A stretch of 62,639 nt of DNA, counting the filler. It is 8 parts of 8 records of this genome, joined end to end, with 100 filler letters (N's around TTAATTAATTAA, not from the genome) between each part and the next. Parts side by side here need not be neighbours in the genome. Positions count along the whole stretch, not along the records: positions 1 to 6,232 come from SRR31156797_22217; positions 6,333 to 13,896 come from SRR31156797_22226; 6 more parts are not named here. One strand, given 5' to 3'. Below are positions 1 through 8,264 of this stretch, piece after piece. The position numbers were made by a program, and so were the translations under genes. A model generated the notes under the pieces. The model saw only the letters and a program-made list of their open reading frames with translations, did no database searches and was not told the origin of the DNA. Within the stretch, counting starts at the first letter, position 1, and each line of letters begins with the position of its first letter.

Positions 1-1438
1 CGATAAGATATTCATAGGCCGAATCGCCCCCGTCAAAGTGATCATATCGAAACGCCAGGCCCAAGGCGCCCCACCCTCCCTGCCAGACGTTTCGAAGCGG
101 CCGGATCGCCTGAATTTTGCCGCCTTTGAGCGTCGGTTTCTCCCCGGTAACCATCCACGTGATAGCGCCGTAATAATCTTTCAGATTGATGTCAAACTGA
201 GCGTCACCGGTTTTCACATCCGAGAACTGCAAATTGACGTATTCACCCCACAGGAGCAATGGGCCGTAAGCCCAGGCCAACTCGGCCCCATAACGGGTAC
301 GGGCGTTTACATCACGGATAATATTGAATTTTGCGGCTGAATTCACATCGAAGAATGTGGTCAGCCCGCCGGTTTTGACCGAAACTTTCACATTGTTTCG
401 ATCCGCTTTGGCGTAGCTGTAGGATCCCCCGACCTGAAGCCCGTTCCACAAGGGAAACCCCATGTTCTTGAAAGGAGCGTAAACGACTCGACCTGTAAAC
501 TCGGGAGAATCCGAATCACCCCCCACGGTGTCGTCCAAGCCATCACCGTTAAAAATACCTACCCCATAGTAGATTCGATCCTTCCAAAACGACGCATGGG
601 CCATGAGCCCAACATCCCGCCACGGCGTCAGGAAAAAACCCATGGCGCGTTCCGCAAAGGGAATATTTTTGTCGGAGGTATATTGTTCCAGACTGAAAGG
701 TTCTTTGAACTGGCCAACCCTAAAAGAGATAAACGGCAGCACCCGCGTGTCCACATAGGCATCCAAGAGCCTGCGGCTTCCGGCACCCTGAAACTGGTAT
801 TGAAATTTATAAAAAAATCGGCGGTAGAGGTGGCCGGTGAGCAGCAATCGGGCCCTGCGGATGTCAAATCTGTTTTTGGCGGGATCTTTATCGTTGTCAT
901 AGTTGAAATAGCGATAATCCACTTGAAGCAGGCCGCCGATGCGCAATTCAAAAAGATCTTTTTCCCGTGAACGCAAATAAAAACCGTTATCGAATACGGC
1001 CTCCAGCGGAGATGCCTTTTCTTTTTGTGAAAGTTCCTGAATTGATTTTTCCGTTCCGGATTTCGCTATCTCCTTTGAAGTTTTTTCTTCGGGAACCGGT
1101 GCATCAGATGGTTTATGAACCTCTTGTGCAATACGGTCTTGACTCAGGGAACGGGAGAGCTCCTTCGCTTCAATGGCCTGTTCCCTTTGAAGCAACGCTT
1201 TCTCTCTCTTTGCCACCGCTTGCTCACGATCGGCCAGGGCCTTTCGATCCTTGGCCATTGTCTTCTTAATTTTCCCAGCCTGTTCATCGCTGATGGCGCC
1301 ATTCTGCCGAAGCAGCTCCAACAGCTGCTCGAGCGCCTGAGTTTCAGCGCTACAGACGCCGTTTAAACCGACAAACAGCAAAATTGAAAAAATAGCGGTC
1401 ATTCCTCCGGGCAGAAGTTTCAGCAAAAAACATTTCAT
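1..1438 (-). CDS. OprO/OprP-family (phosphate/oxyanion-selective) porin, 3' end truncated by window edge
   Basis: Not in the ORF track because no stop falls in the window. Manual translation from ATG 1438 gives a signal peptide MKCFLLKLL...VCSA, a coiled-coil region, then GGLLQVDYRYF, FDIRRARL, LLDAYVD, VGQFKEPFSLE, RDVGLM, GIFNG, typical of Porin_O_P. Confidence 0.8.
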   Translation of the reverse strand, partial: MKCFLLKLLPGGMTAIFSILLFVGLNGVCSAETQALEQLLELLRQNGAISDEQAGKIKKTMAKDRKALADREQAVAKREKALLQREQAIEAKELSRSLSQDRIAQEVHKPSDAPVPEEKTSKEIAKSGTEKSIQELSQKEKASPLEAVFDNGFYLRSREKDLFELRIGGLLQVDYRYFNYDNDKDPAKNRFDIRRARLLLTGHLYRRFFYKFQYQFQGAGSRRLLDAYVDTRVLPFISFRVGQFKEPFSLEQYTSDKNIPFAERAMGFFLTPWRDVGLMAHASFWKDRIYYGVGIFNGDGLDDTVGGDSDSPEFTGRVVYAPFKNMGFPLWNGLQVGGSYSYAKADRNNVKVSVKTGGLTTFFDVNSAAKFNIIRDVNARTRYGAELAWAYGPLLLWGEYVNLQFSDVKTGDAQFDINLKDYYGAITWMVTGEKPTLKGGKIQAIRPLRNVWQGGWGALGLAFRYDHFDGGDSAYEYLI

Positions 1439-1601
1439 ACGTCCCATAACCTCTAAACTTATGTCACATCCGATGTAAGCAGTAGTAAAAAAAAGACCCG
1501 ATGCTTTTTCCATAAATACGGGCAGGCGCTTTTTACCGTTTATAGTTCATTATTGTCAAGCATTTTTCAATTTCATGAAAAACTCATCGATAAGATTCAA
1601 A

Positions 1602-1630
1602 TAATTACCCTAATTATCCCAAACTTACCC
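1602..1630. repeat. three ~10-bp tandem direct repeats (TAATTACCC / TAATTATCCC / AAACTTACCC) in divergent promoter region
   Basis: Read directly from sequence; immediately upstream of a TTGACT -35-like hexamer at 1646-1651. Confidence 0.5.
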
Positions 1631-1711
1631 GTAAAACATTGGCAATTGACTTATATGGATATACATGTTTTATTAAGATTTAAGGGACGCTGAACAGGAG
1701 GAAAAATTTCA

Positions 1712-2629
1712 ATGGAAGAAAAAACGCTGCTGAGTACTCGGGAACTGGCGAAATTCTTGAGTATCAACGAAAAAATGGTATATACATTGATTGCCGAGAA
1801 AAACCTTCCGGCCACCAAAGCCACCGGCAAATGGCTTTTTCCCCGTCATCTGGTGGAACAATGGCTGGAAGCCCAGACCATTAACTTCCCTAAACAGCCG
1901 GACCCACTACCGCCCTATGACGGCCTGCTCATTATTGCCGGCAGCAACGATATCCTTCTGGACCGGGCCATCTCCCTGATCAACCAACTCTACCCTGAAG
2001 AGATGGTGGCATTCGGCAACATGGGAAGTCTCGGGGGCATTCGAGCACTCAGGCGGAATCATTGCCATATCGCTTCAAGCCATTTGATCCAGAAAGACGG
2101 GGAAGAATACAATTTCGGGTTTGCCATAGATGAGCTGGGCCAGATGCCCGGCATCATCAATTTCTGTCGGAGGGAACAGGGCCTCCTAATCGAAAAAGGC
2201 AATCCCAGAAATATCCGCTCAGTGGCGGACCTCAATCAGATCGGCATCAAAATCATCAACCGCCCCTTGGGGACCGGAACCCGCCTGCTCCTGGACGAAG
2301 AGCTGAAAAAAGCCGGAATCGAAGGGGATGAGATTGACGGCTACACCAGGGAAGTATCGCGCCATCTGGACCTGGGGTTGGAAGTACTTTCCGGTCGTGC
2401 ACAGGCAGGGCCCTGCATCCGGGCTGTGGCCGAGCTTCTGGACCTGGATTTTGTTCCCATAAAATGGGAGAGTTTTGATCTGCTGATTCTCAAGGATCGG
2501 TTTTTTGAAAAAGGCGTGCAGCAATTCTTAGGTTTTTTGAGCGAACCACCCTTCAAAAAGCTGGGTGAGGAGCTGGCCGGGTATGACTTGGGTATTTCCG
2601 GGAAAATGCTCTTCCCCAAAGAATCGTAA
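1712..2629 (+). CDS. excisionase-type HTH (HTH_17) + PBP-like domain regulator, TaoR-like (Mo/W-associated)
   Basis: N-terminal LSTRELAKFLSINEKMVY..LPATKATGKWLFP; C-terminal GSND, GSLGG, REQGL, INRPLGTGTR of PBP_like domain; RBS AGGAGG. Confidence 0.85.
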   Translation: MEEKTLLSTRELAKFLSINEKMVYTLIAEKNLPATKATGKWLFPRHLVEQWLEAQTINFPKQPDPLPPYDGLLIIAGSNDILLDRAISLINQLYPEEMVAFGNMGSLGGIRALRRNHCHIASSHLIQKDGEEYNFGFAIDELGQMPGIINFCRREQGLLIEKGNPRNIRSVADLNQIGIKIINRPLGTGTRLLLDEELKKAGIEGDEIDGYTREVSRHLDLGLEVLSGRAQAGPCIRAVAELLDLDFVPIKWESFDLLILKDRFFEKGVQQFLGFLSEPPFKKLGEELAGYDLGISGKMLFPKES

Positions 2630-2653
2630 CAATCGTTCACGGCTTAACTGAGT

Positions 2654-3307
2654 ATGGATAATCACTATTTGAAAAACCGGCTAAACGATCGCTGGCCCGC
2701 ATGGGCCGCCATAACACTAAGGTTCATATCCAGGCTGGTTCGAACCAAGACAGTAGGAGTAGAACAAACCACAAGAGGTCCCTGCGGCATCGCCCACTGG
2801 CATGGGGATGAACTGGCGCTTATCCCCCGTTTCGGCCACATCGGCCCCACCATCCTGGTAAGCCATTCCAAAGATGGTTCATTCATGGCAAAGGGCGCCA
2901 CAGCCTTGGGATATCGCGTAACCCGGGGGTCATCCACCCGAGGCGCCGTAGGGGGGCTTCTGGCACTGATTAAAGCCGTCAGGAACGGCCATGCGGTGGT
3001 GCTGGCAGTGGACGGCCCACAGGGCCCTCGCGGCGTTTGTAAGCCTGGGATTGTCAGGGTGGTCCAGAAATCGGGAGTGCCTCTTTTCCCCGTGGGGGTG
3101 GCGGGATCAAACAGATTTGTATTTAAGAAATCCTGGAACCAGGCTTATCTTCCCCTCCCCTTTTCCCGCCAGGTGGTATGGGTTGACAAACCCATCTACT
3201 TCCCCAAAAAAGCCGAGGCCTCAAAAATACCCGAATACTGCCGCCGAGTGGAGAGGGCCATCGGGGACGCACAGAAAAAAGCCGAAGCATTGCTGAGAGA
3301 AAAATAA
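2654..3307 (+). CDS. DUF374 / lysophospholipid acyltransferase family protein
   Basis: HWHG, SHSKDG, RGSSTRG, VDGPQGP, KSW..LPLPFS motifs. Confidence 0.8.
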   Translation: MDNHYLKNRLNDRWPAWAAITLRFISRLVRTKTVGVEQTTRGPCGIAHWHGDELALIPRFGHIGPTILVSHSKDGSFMAKGATALGYRVTRGSSTRGAVGGLLALIKAVRNGHAVVLAVDGPQGPRGVCKPGIVRVVQKSGVPLFPVGVAGSNRFVFKKSWNQAYLPLPFSRQVVWVDKPIYFPKKAEASKIPEYCRRVERAIGDAQKKAEALLREK

Positions 3308-3327
3308 AGGAAAACCCGGGGGAGCGA

Positions 3328-3978
3328 TCAGAAGGGCCACAAACAGCAACCGCCTTTGTCCCTGAACTCATCTTGGCACGCCGCCAGTTGACCTCCATAT
3401 TTCACTGCTCTTTTCTGTACCTTTCTTGCCACCTTCAACAGCCACGCCTTCTTGGCATAGGTTTTCCGATTATAACCGCCGCGACCTTCATGATAGGCCA
3501 GGTAAAGATTTCGGGCATTGTTTCTAGATATGCCGCATTTCTTAACACTCAGTGAACAATACCATCCCACAAAATCGACGGCATCGCCGAAATCATCCCG
3601 GTCAGCCCAGGAATTGTCCGTACTTTCCTGATATTCCTCCCAGGTCACATCCAATACCTGGGCATATCCATAGGCGGAGGAAGGCCGAGGGCCCGGGAAA
3701 ATCCACAGGCAGGTGGTTCGAGGAGGTTTGGCATCGGAAATATATTTTGACTCCTGGTGCAGAATGGCCATCATAACCGGAATGGGAATACCCCATCTTT
3801 CATAAGCATCCGCCGCATGTTCATACCACTCATCATTCTCCCTGAAAATTTCGCAGATGTTGTCCGGATTTCCGGGTGGCTTGGGAGTTGCGCATCCAAA
3901 AAGAGCACCGAAGGTAAGACAGGCAAAAACCATTGTCAGCCCTTTGCACCCCAAAAGAAACAAGCGCCTCCCCACCAT
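3328..3978 (-). CDS. SLT-domain (lytic transglycosylase-like) lipoprotein
   Basis: Lipobox LFGC; MAILHQES, SSAYGYAQ, LYLAYHEG motifs. Confidence 0.75.
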   Translation of the reverse strand: MVGRRLFLLGCKGLTMVFACLTFGALFGCATPKPPGNPDNICEIFRENDEWYEHAADAYERWGIPIPVMMAILHQESKYISDAKPPRTTCLWIFPGPRPSSAYGYAQVLDVTWEEYQESTDNSWADRDDFGDAVDFVGWYCSLSVKKCGISRNNARNLYLAYHEGRGGYNRKTYAKKAWLLKVARKVQKRAVKYGGQLAACQDEFRDKGGCCLWPF

Positions 3979-3980
3979 CC

Positions 3981-5417
3981 CTATTTCCTTCTCCTTACCC
4001 CATAGTCCACTTCAACCGTGTCTTTAAATCCCGCTTCCAACTTCAAAAAAGCGGACGGAATCACCAGCTTTACGTCTATTTCTCCTGAACCTTTGATGTC
4101 GTTGAGGGGAATGCTGGCGGTATAAAGCGTCCACATGTCGTCGAGAATCGTCTTGGGGCCGCTGAGTTCGACCTTGGAAGGTTTGGTTTCCACCATGACA
4201 AGAAGCAGGTCCGGGGGCAGCTTGCCCACCCAATCCGCCTGTATGGGCAACATTTTTTTGGTACGCGTGTCCAGATTCACATCCAGCACCATGGGTCTTA
4301 CCTCCTTCAGGGAAAGCCCGGGCGGAATCGAAAGGTTATGGTTGGTAATGGCAAATGTGTTGGTTCCCGCAACGGCCTTGCCCAGATCCATCTTCACCCG
4401 GATCTGTTCGGGCCGGATGGATTTCAGAAGGGCCCTTGATCCCCGCAAAAAGAGTCGAACGGAAGTGGCGGATGTATTTAAAAGTTCCATGCCAGGTTTC
4501 TGATTGGCAAACTCCACGGGGATATCAAACGTTTTAATGGCATCGAGCCCCCTGCTGATGCTGAACCAAACGCCCGATACGATCAAAAGCGACACCAAGG
4601 CGGCGATTCTCAATTCAATCTTCCTTCTTTTTAAAAACTGACTCCGGTCTTCCCGAATTCCCAGGTGCTCCCTGAGGGCTTTGACCAATTGCTTTTTGCC
4701 ATCAATGGTCAACACATCCACACCTCGGGTTATGGTAATGGCTCCCCGTTCCTCGGATACGACAATCACCATGGCGTCGGTGGTTTCAGACAACCCTGCG
4801 GCGGCCCTGTGACGGGTTCCGTAAGCGCTGGGAAAGTCTTTTCGATGGGAAAGGGGGAGAATAACCCCGACTTCCGCGACCCGGTCTTCCACAATGATGG
4901 CCGCTCCGTCATGGACGGGATTGTTGGGCCAGAATATGCTTTCGATCATTTCCGTGGAAACACGGCCGTCCCATGGAATCCCTTGCTGAACAAACTCCTC
5001 CAGGTCCTCTTTTCCGGGCAGAACCATCAAAGCGCCGATACGTCTTTTGGCCAGGTCAAAGACACTTTCGGTAATGATTTCCACAGGGGTTTTCGTCGGC
5101 TTTCGGGGCAGGCCCCAGAGAATCGCCCAGATGTTCCGTGCACGGAAAACGGATCGAATTTCATTCCTGAAAACCACAATGACAATCAGAGCGGCAACAG
5201 CGATAATGCCTTCCATCATCCAGCTGGTCAGAATGAGACCCAGGGATACGGCCAATCTTTGCAAAATCCAGAGAAAGGCAATCCCCACAAGCACCCTGAA
5301 AGCATCCGTTCCTCGAAAAAGTGCATAAAGGCGAAAGAGGATATAACTGTTAAACGCGATGTCGATGAAGTCCTGCCATCGTATGCTGGATACAAAAATC
5401 AGAAGTTTTTGAATCAC
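3981..5417 (-). CDS. cdaA: diadenylate cyclase CdaA (DisA_N) fused to YbbR/CdaR domains
   Basis: Three N-terminal TM helices, RIGAL, HDGA, GTRHRAA, VSEERG; a further TM followed by YbbR-like repeats. Confidence 0.85.
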   Translation of the reverse strand: MIQKLLIFVSSIRWQDFIDIAFNSYILFRLYALFRGTDAFRVLVGIAFLWILQRLAVSLGLILTSWMMEGIIAVAALIVIVVFRNEIRSVFRARNIWAILWGLPRKPTKTPVEIITESVFDLAKRRIGALMVLPGKEDLEEFVQQGIPWDGRVSTEMIESIFWPNNPVHDGAAIIVEDRVAEVGVILPLSHRKDFPSAYGTRHRAAAGLSETTDAMVIVVSEERGAITITRGVDVLTIDGKKQLVKALREHLGIREDRSQFLKRRKIELRIAALVSLLIVSGVWFSISRGLDAIKTFDIPVEFANQKPGMELLNTSATSVRLFLRGSRALLKSIRPEQIRVKMDLGKAVAGTNTFAITNHNLSIPPGLSLKEVRPMVLDVNLDTRTKKMLPIQADWVGKLPPDLLLVMVETKPSKVELSGPKTILDDMWTLYTASIPLNDIKGSGEIDVKLVIPSAFLKLEAGFKDTVEVDYGVRRRK

Positions 5418-5420
5418 CCA

Positions 5421-5867
5421 TTACTCCGTAACACTGAACCGCAGGGTTTTAAAAATTTTACCTTCAGAATCCGTTATTTCCACCCGCCAGGGGCCCACAT
5501 CCATATTTCGAATATGTATTTTGCTGAAGCTTGACCACCTGGGCGGTTTGAGGGTCAGTTTCAACTTTTTATGGGGCTGATCCCGCTTGAACCAATTGTG
5601 GTAGACAACCGTTTTTTCAGGCACCGGATCAAACGCCGTGAAACAGATCACACTTCCAAATGTCACGCTGAAAATGATCGTCTCATTAACAGGTTCCAGG
5701 TCTTTCAGGCCCTCACACATGACCGCTTTCAGAAGGGTCAGTTGGGGTGGCTTTTCGGGGAGCGGGCCTTCCCTATCGCCATCTGCCCCGTGAATGTCCT
5801 GAGCGAAACAAAAAAAAATCGCAAAAAACAGGCATAAGGATAGGCTTGTATTCCATAGAGCTTTCAT
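5421..5867 (-). CDS. secreted DUF2914-like protein
   Basis: Signal peptide; VYHNW, RWSSFS, GPWRVEI..G..L..LRFSV pattern. Confidence 0.65.
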   Translation of the reverse strand: MKALWNTSLSLCLFFAIFFCFAQDIHGADGDREGPLPEKPPQLTLLKAVMCEGLKDLEPVNETIIFSVTFGSVICFTAFDPVPEKTVVYHNWFKRDQPHKKLKLTLKPPRWSSFSKIHIRNMDVGPWRVEITDSEGKIFKTLRFSVTE

Positions 5868-6181
5868 AAAAGAGCCCTCTTCATAAGAGGTATAATCCGA
5901 AATATTAATTCGTACCCATCAATAATTACCCATGTTTAACGATCATTTCCATGGACAATGAAAAAATCCTGCGAGAAAAAAGTTGTCAACACATCCTTAA
6001 CATATCAAAATCATCCAGTATTTTCAATAAGGGAAACCAGTTAAAGAATGAAAATCCTTCAGAGTTTTACCTATGGACTTTGCGCGTCTTCTGTGGCACA
6101 ATTCCCATGGCGTGAAAATATCCGATAATCGGAATGCGGACATTATTTTCACCTCATTTGAAAAGCAAAGGAACCGGGATC

Positions 6182-6232
6182 ATGAAGAAAAAGAACATTG
6201 TCTTTCAATTAAAAATCGCCCTCAAGGAAATC
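6182..6232 (+). CDS. 5' fragment of possible pRiA4b ORF-3 family protein (contig end)
   Basis: MKKKNIVFQLKIALKEI resembles the family's YQLKITL start; only 17 codons visible. Confidence 0.3.
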
Positions 6233-6332
6233 NNNNNNNNNNNNNNNNNNNNNNNNNNNNNNNNNNNNNNNNNNNNTTAATTAATTAANNNNNNNNNNNN
6301 NNNNNNNNNNNNNNNNNNNNNNNNNNNNNNNN
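6233..6332. other. artificial contig spacer
   Basis: N44-TTAATTAATTAA-N44; stops in all six frames. Confidence 0.98.
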
Positions 6333-6429
6333 CGCTTTGATAATCTTTCAGATAAACCTCCTTGTATTTTACTGATCGCCACAAACGCTTTACAAATATA
6401 TTGTCAAATACGCGATCGCGTCCGTCCAT
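6333..6429 (-). pseudogene. IS3-family transposase remnant
   Basis: Minus strand reads MDGRDRVFDNIFVKRLWRSVKYKEVYLKDYQS, matching the IS3 pattern MDGKGRALDNIFVERLWRSVKYEEVYL with the catalytic Glu replaced by Lys. Confidence 0.75.
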
Positions 6430-6787
6430 CTACAATTGCCAATAATCCTTCGTTTTGATCCAACCTTCGACCCTCTCGGTGGCAACTTGCTAATAGTAAA
6501 CGAAGCCTATTGATAATTTCATGACGGATATCACTTAAAATTCTTATCCTTTTGTTGATCGCCTTTTCCTTGATCACGGTTTCCATTCTGAATATGTGCT
6601 ATTAAGATTTCTGACTCCACCATCCAGCGGCTTGTCCTAATATAATAGAACATTTTGTTTAATTATCCAAAGGAGGGCTCCTCTGTCTTAATATCTTATT
6701 ATTGTTTTTTATTCAGTTATTTGTTTGACTTTATAAAAATAGTTAGAATATTTCTGCTTGACAATATCAGTTAAATTATATTCTATA

Positions 6788-6805
6788 CTAGAGCAAGTGT
6801 TCTAG
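6788..6805. promoter_or_regulatory. palindromic putative TetR operator CTAGAGCAAGTGTTCTAG
   Basis: Near-perfect inverted repeat abutting the RBS (AGGAGG) of the tetR gene, downstream of TTGACA at 6758-6763. Confidence 0.55.
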
Positions 6806-6814
6806 GAGGTTTCA

Positions 6815-7450
6815 TTGCTCGCACACACAAAAAAAAACCAGGCAAGGGGGAATGCCACCCGGTCCGCCATCATACGGGCTGCCACCGAGCTTTTCGCAAA
6901 GTCCGGCTATAAGGGCACTCCGGTCCGGGCCATCCTGGAAAAGGCCGGGATATCCATGGGCTCCTTTTATCACCATTTCGAGGACAAGGCCGACCTTTAC
7001 ATATCCATCGCCGACGAAGGCAGCTTGGCCGTCAGGCGTTTCATGCGGAGCGTGGGGGATTTTGAATCCGGCGCATCCCTGGAAGACAGGGTCTGGGCAT
7101 TTTTCCGGGCCTATATCCAAGCGGCGTCCAAAACCGATTCCATGGTGCTCCTTTTGATTTCGGAAAAGGAAACCCTTCCGACAAATATAAAAAAAATGGT
7201 GGAAGACGAAATCGACCGTCATCGCAAGGAGCTGGAGCAAGGACTTGCCGCCGGCGTGGAAGCCGGATTCCTGAAACCATTAGATGTGCGCATGACCTCG
7301 GAGGCTATCGTGGGCATGGTGCAGCACATGGCCAAGATCTACTTTACCGATCCAACTTTGGACGAAGAAGAGGTCATCAAAACCCTGGCCCGCTCCACAA
7401 TCGGGATTTTGCTCTCTATGCCGGGCATGGACCATGGCAGCGACGGATAA
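6815..7450 (+). CDS. TetR/AcrR-family transcriptional regulator
   Basis: IIRAATELFAKSGYKGT..ILEKAGISMGSFYHHFEDKADL HTH. Confidence 0.9.
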   Translation: MLAHTKKNQARGNATRSAIIRAATELFAKSGYKGTPVRAILEKAGISMGSFYHHFEDKADLYISIADEGSLAVRRFMRSVGDFESGASLEDRVWAFFRAYIQAASKTDSMVLLLISEKETLPTNIKKMVEDEIDRHRKELEQGLAAGVEAGFLKPLDVRMTSEAIVGMVQHMAKIYFTDPTLDEEEVIKTLARSTIGILLSMPGMDHGSDG

Positions 7451-7478
7451 CGCAATATTGCTGCAAAAGGAACACAAA

Positions 7479-8029
7479 ATGAAGACCGACGCCCGGGAGC
7501 CGAAACAAAAACTCACGGTAAAGGCGGTCGGGAGCCGTTGCTCCAACACGGTTTCGTGGGTGAACTGTTGAAGGAAAGTAAAAAACAGGGGCTCCATACG
7601 GCCCTGGAAACCTGCGGCCATGGTTCTGCCAAAACCCTTGGCGCCCTGATAACCCACCTGGATCTGGCCCTCTTTGACATCAAACAGCTAAACCCGTTGA
7701 AACACATAAAATACACGGGCCTGGACAACAGGCAGATATTGAAAAACCTGCACATGCTTGCCCGGGAGGTGGAATGCCGGCTCCGCGTCCCCCTGATCCA
7801 AGGCGTCAATGATTCCGCGGACCACATGGACGCCCTCTCGGATCTGGCGTTTAGACTCAACATCAAAAAAATTTCGCTTCTTCCCTATCACGAGGGCGGG
7901 CTGGGCAAAGCCCTTCAAATAGGGATGGAATACGCCATTCCAGATGCTCGGAAACCGGAAAACGGACGCATCGGTCATCTGGCGGCCATTGCCGGGGAAA
8001 AAGGAATAAATATCTCTATAGGTCACTAG
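7479..8029 (+). pseudogene. glycyl-radical enzyme activating enzyme, internally deleted and frameshifted
   Basis: C-terminal half present (EPLLQ, HTALETCG, LFDIK, TGLDN..IL.NL, RVPLIQGVND, LLPYH) but no CxxxCxxC motif. The probable original start (ATG 7479) is out of frame with the remainder. Confidence 0.75.
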
Positions 8030-8053
8030 ACCTTGATAAAGGGAGGTTTTGCC

Positions 8054-8229
8054 ATGTCAACAAATCCGCCGGGGAAAAACATAAGGGACCGGCTTGTCAT
8101 CAAGACCGTGCGCAACATCCGCAGGCATGGAGCCAGGCAAGCCGCATCACCCGGGACGAGGCTTTGGAGCTCTTACAGCTTTTATGGTTGAAATTCCACG
8201 AACCGGGCCTGATTCGGGAATTTATCTGA
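8054..8229 (+). pseudogene. collapsed remnant of a paralogous glycyl-radical enzyme
   Basis: After RBS GGGAGG: MSTNPPGKNIRDRLVIKTVRNIRRHG (cf. MLVVKTIRNIRGDG of the next gene), then in another frame RITRDEALELLQLLWLKFHEPGLI (cf. RITEDEAFEMMQLLWVKFHGLGLV). Confidence 0.75.
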
Positions 8230-8264
8230 ATAGTATGAATATATACTTGGAAGAGGAAAAAAAA

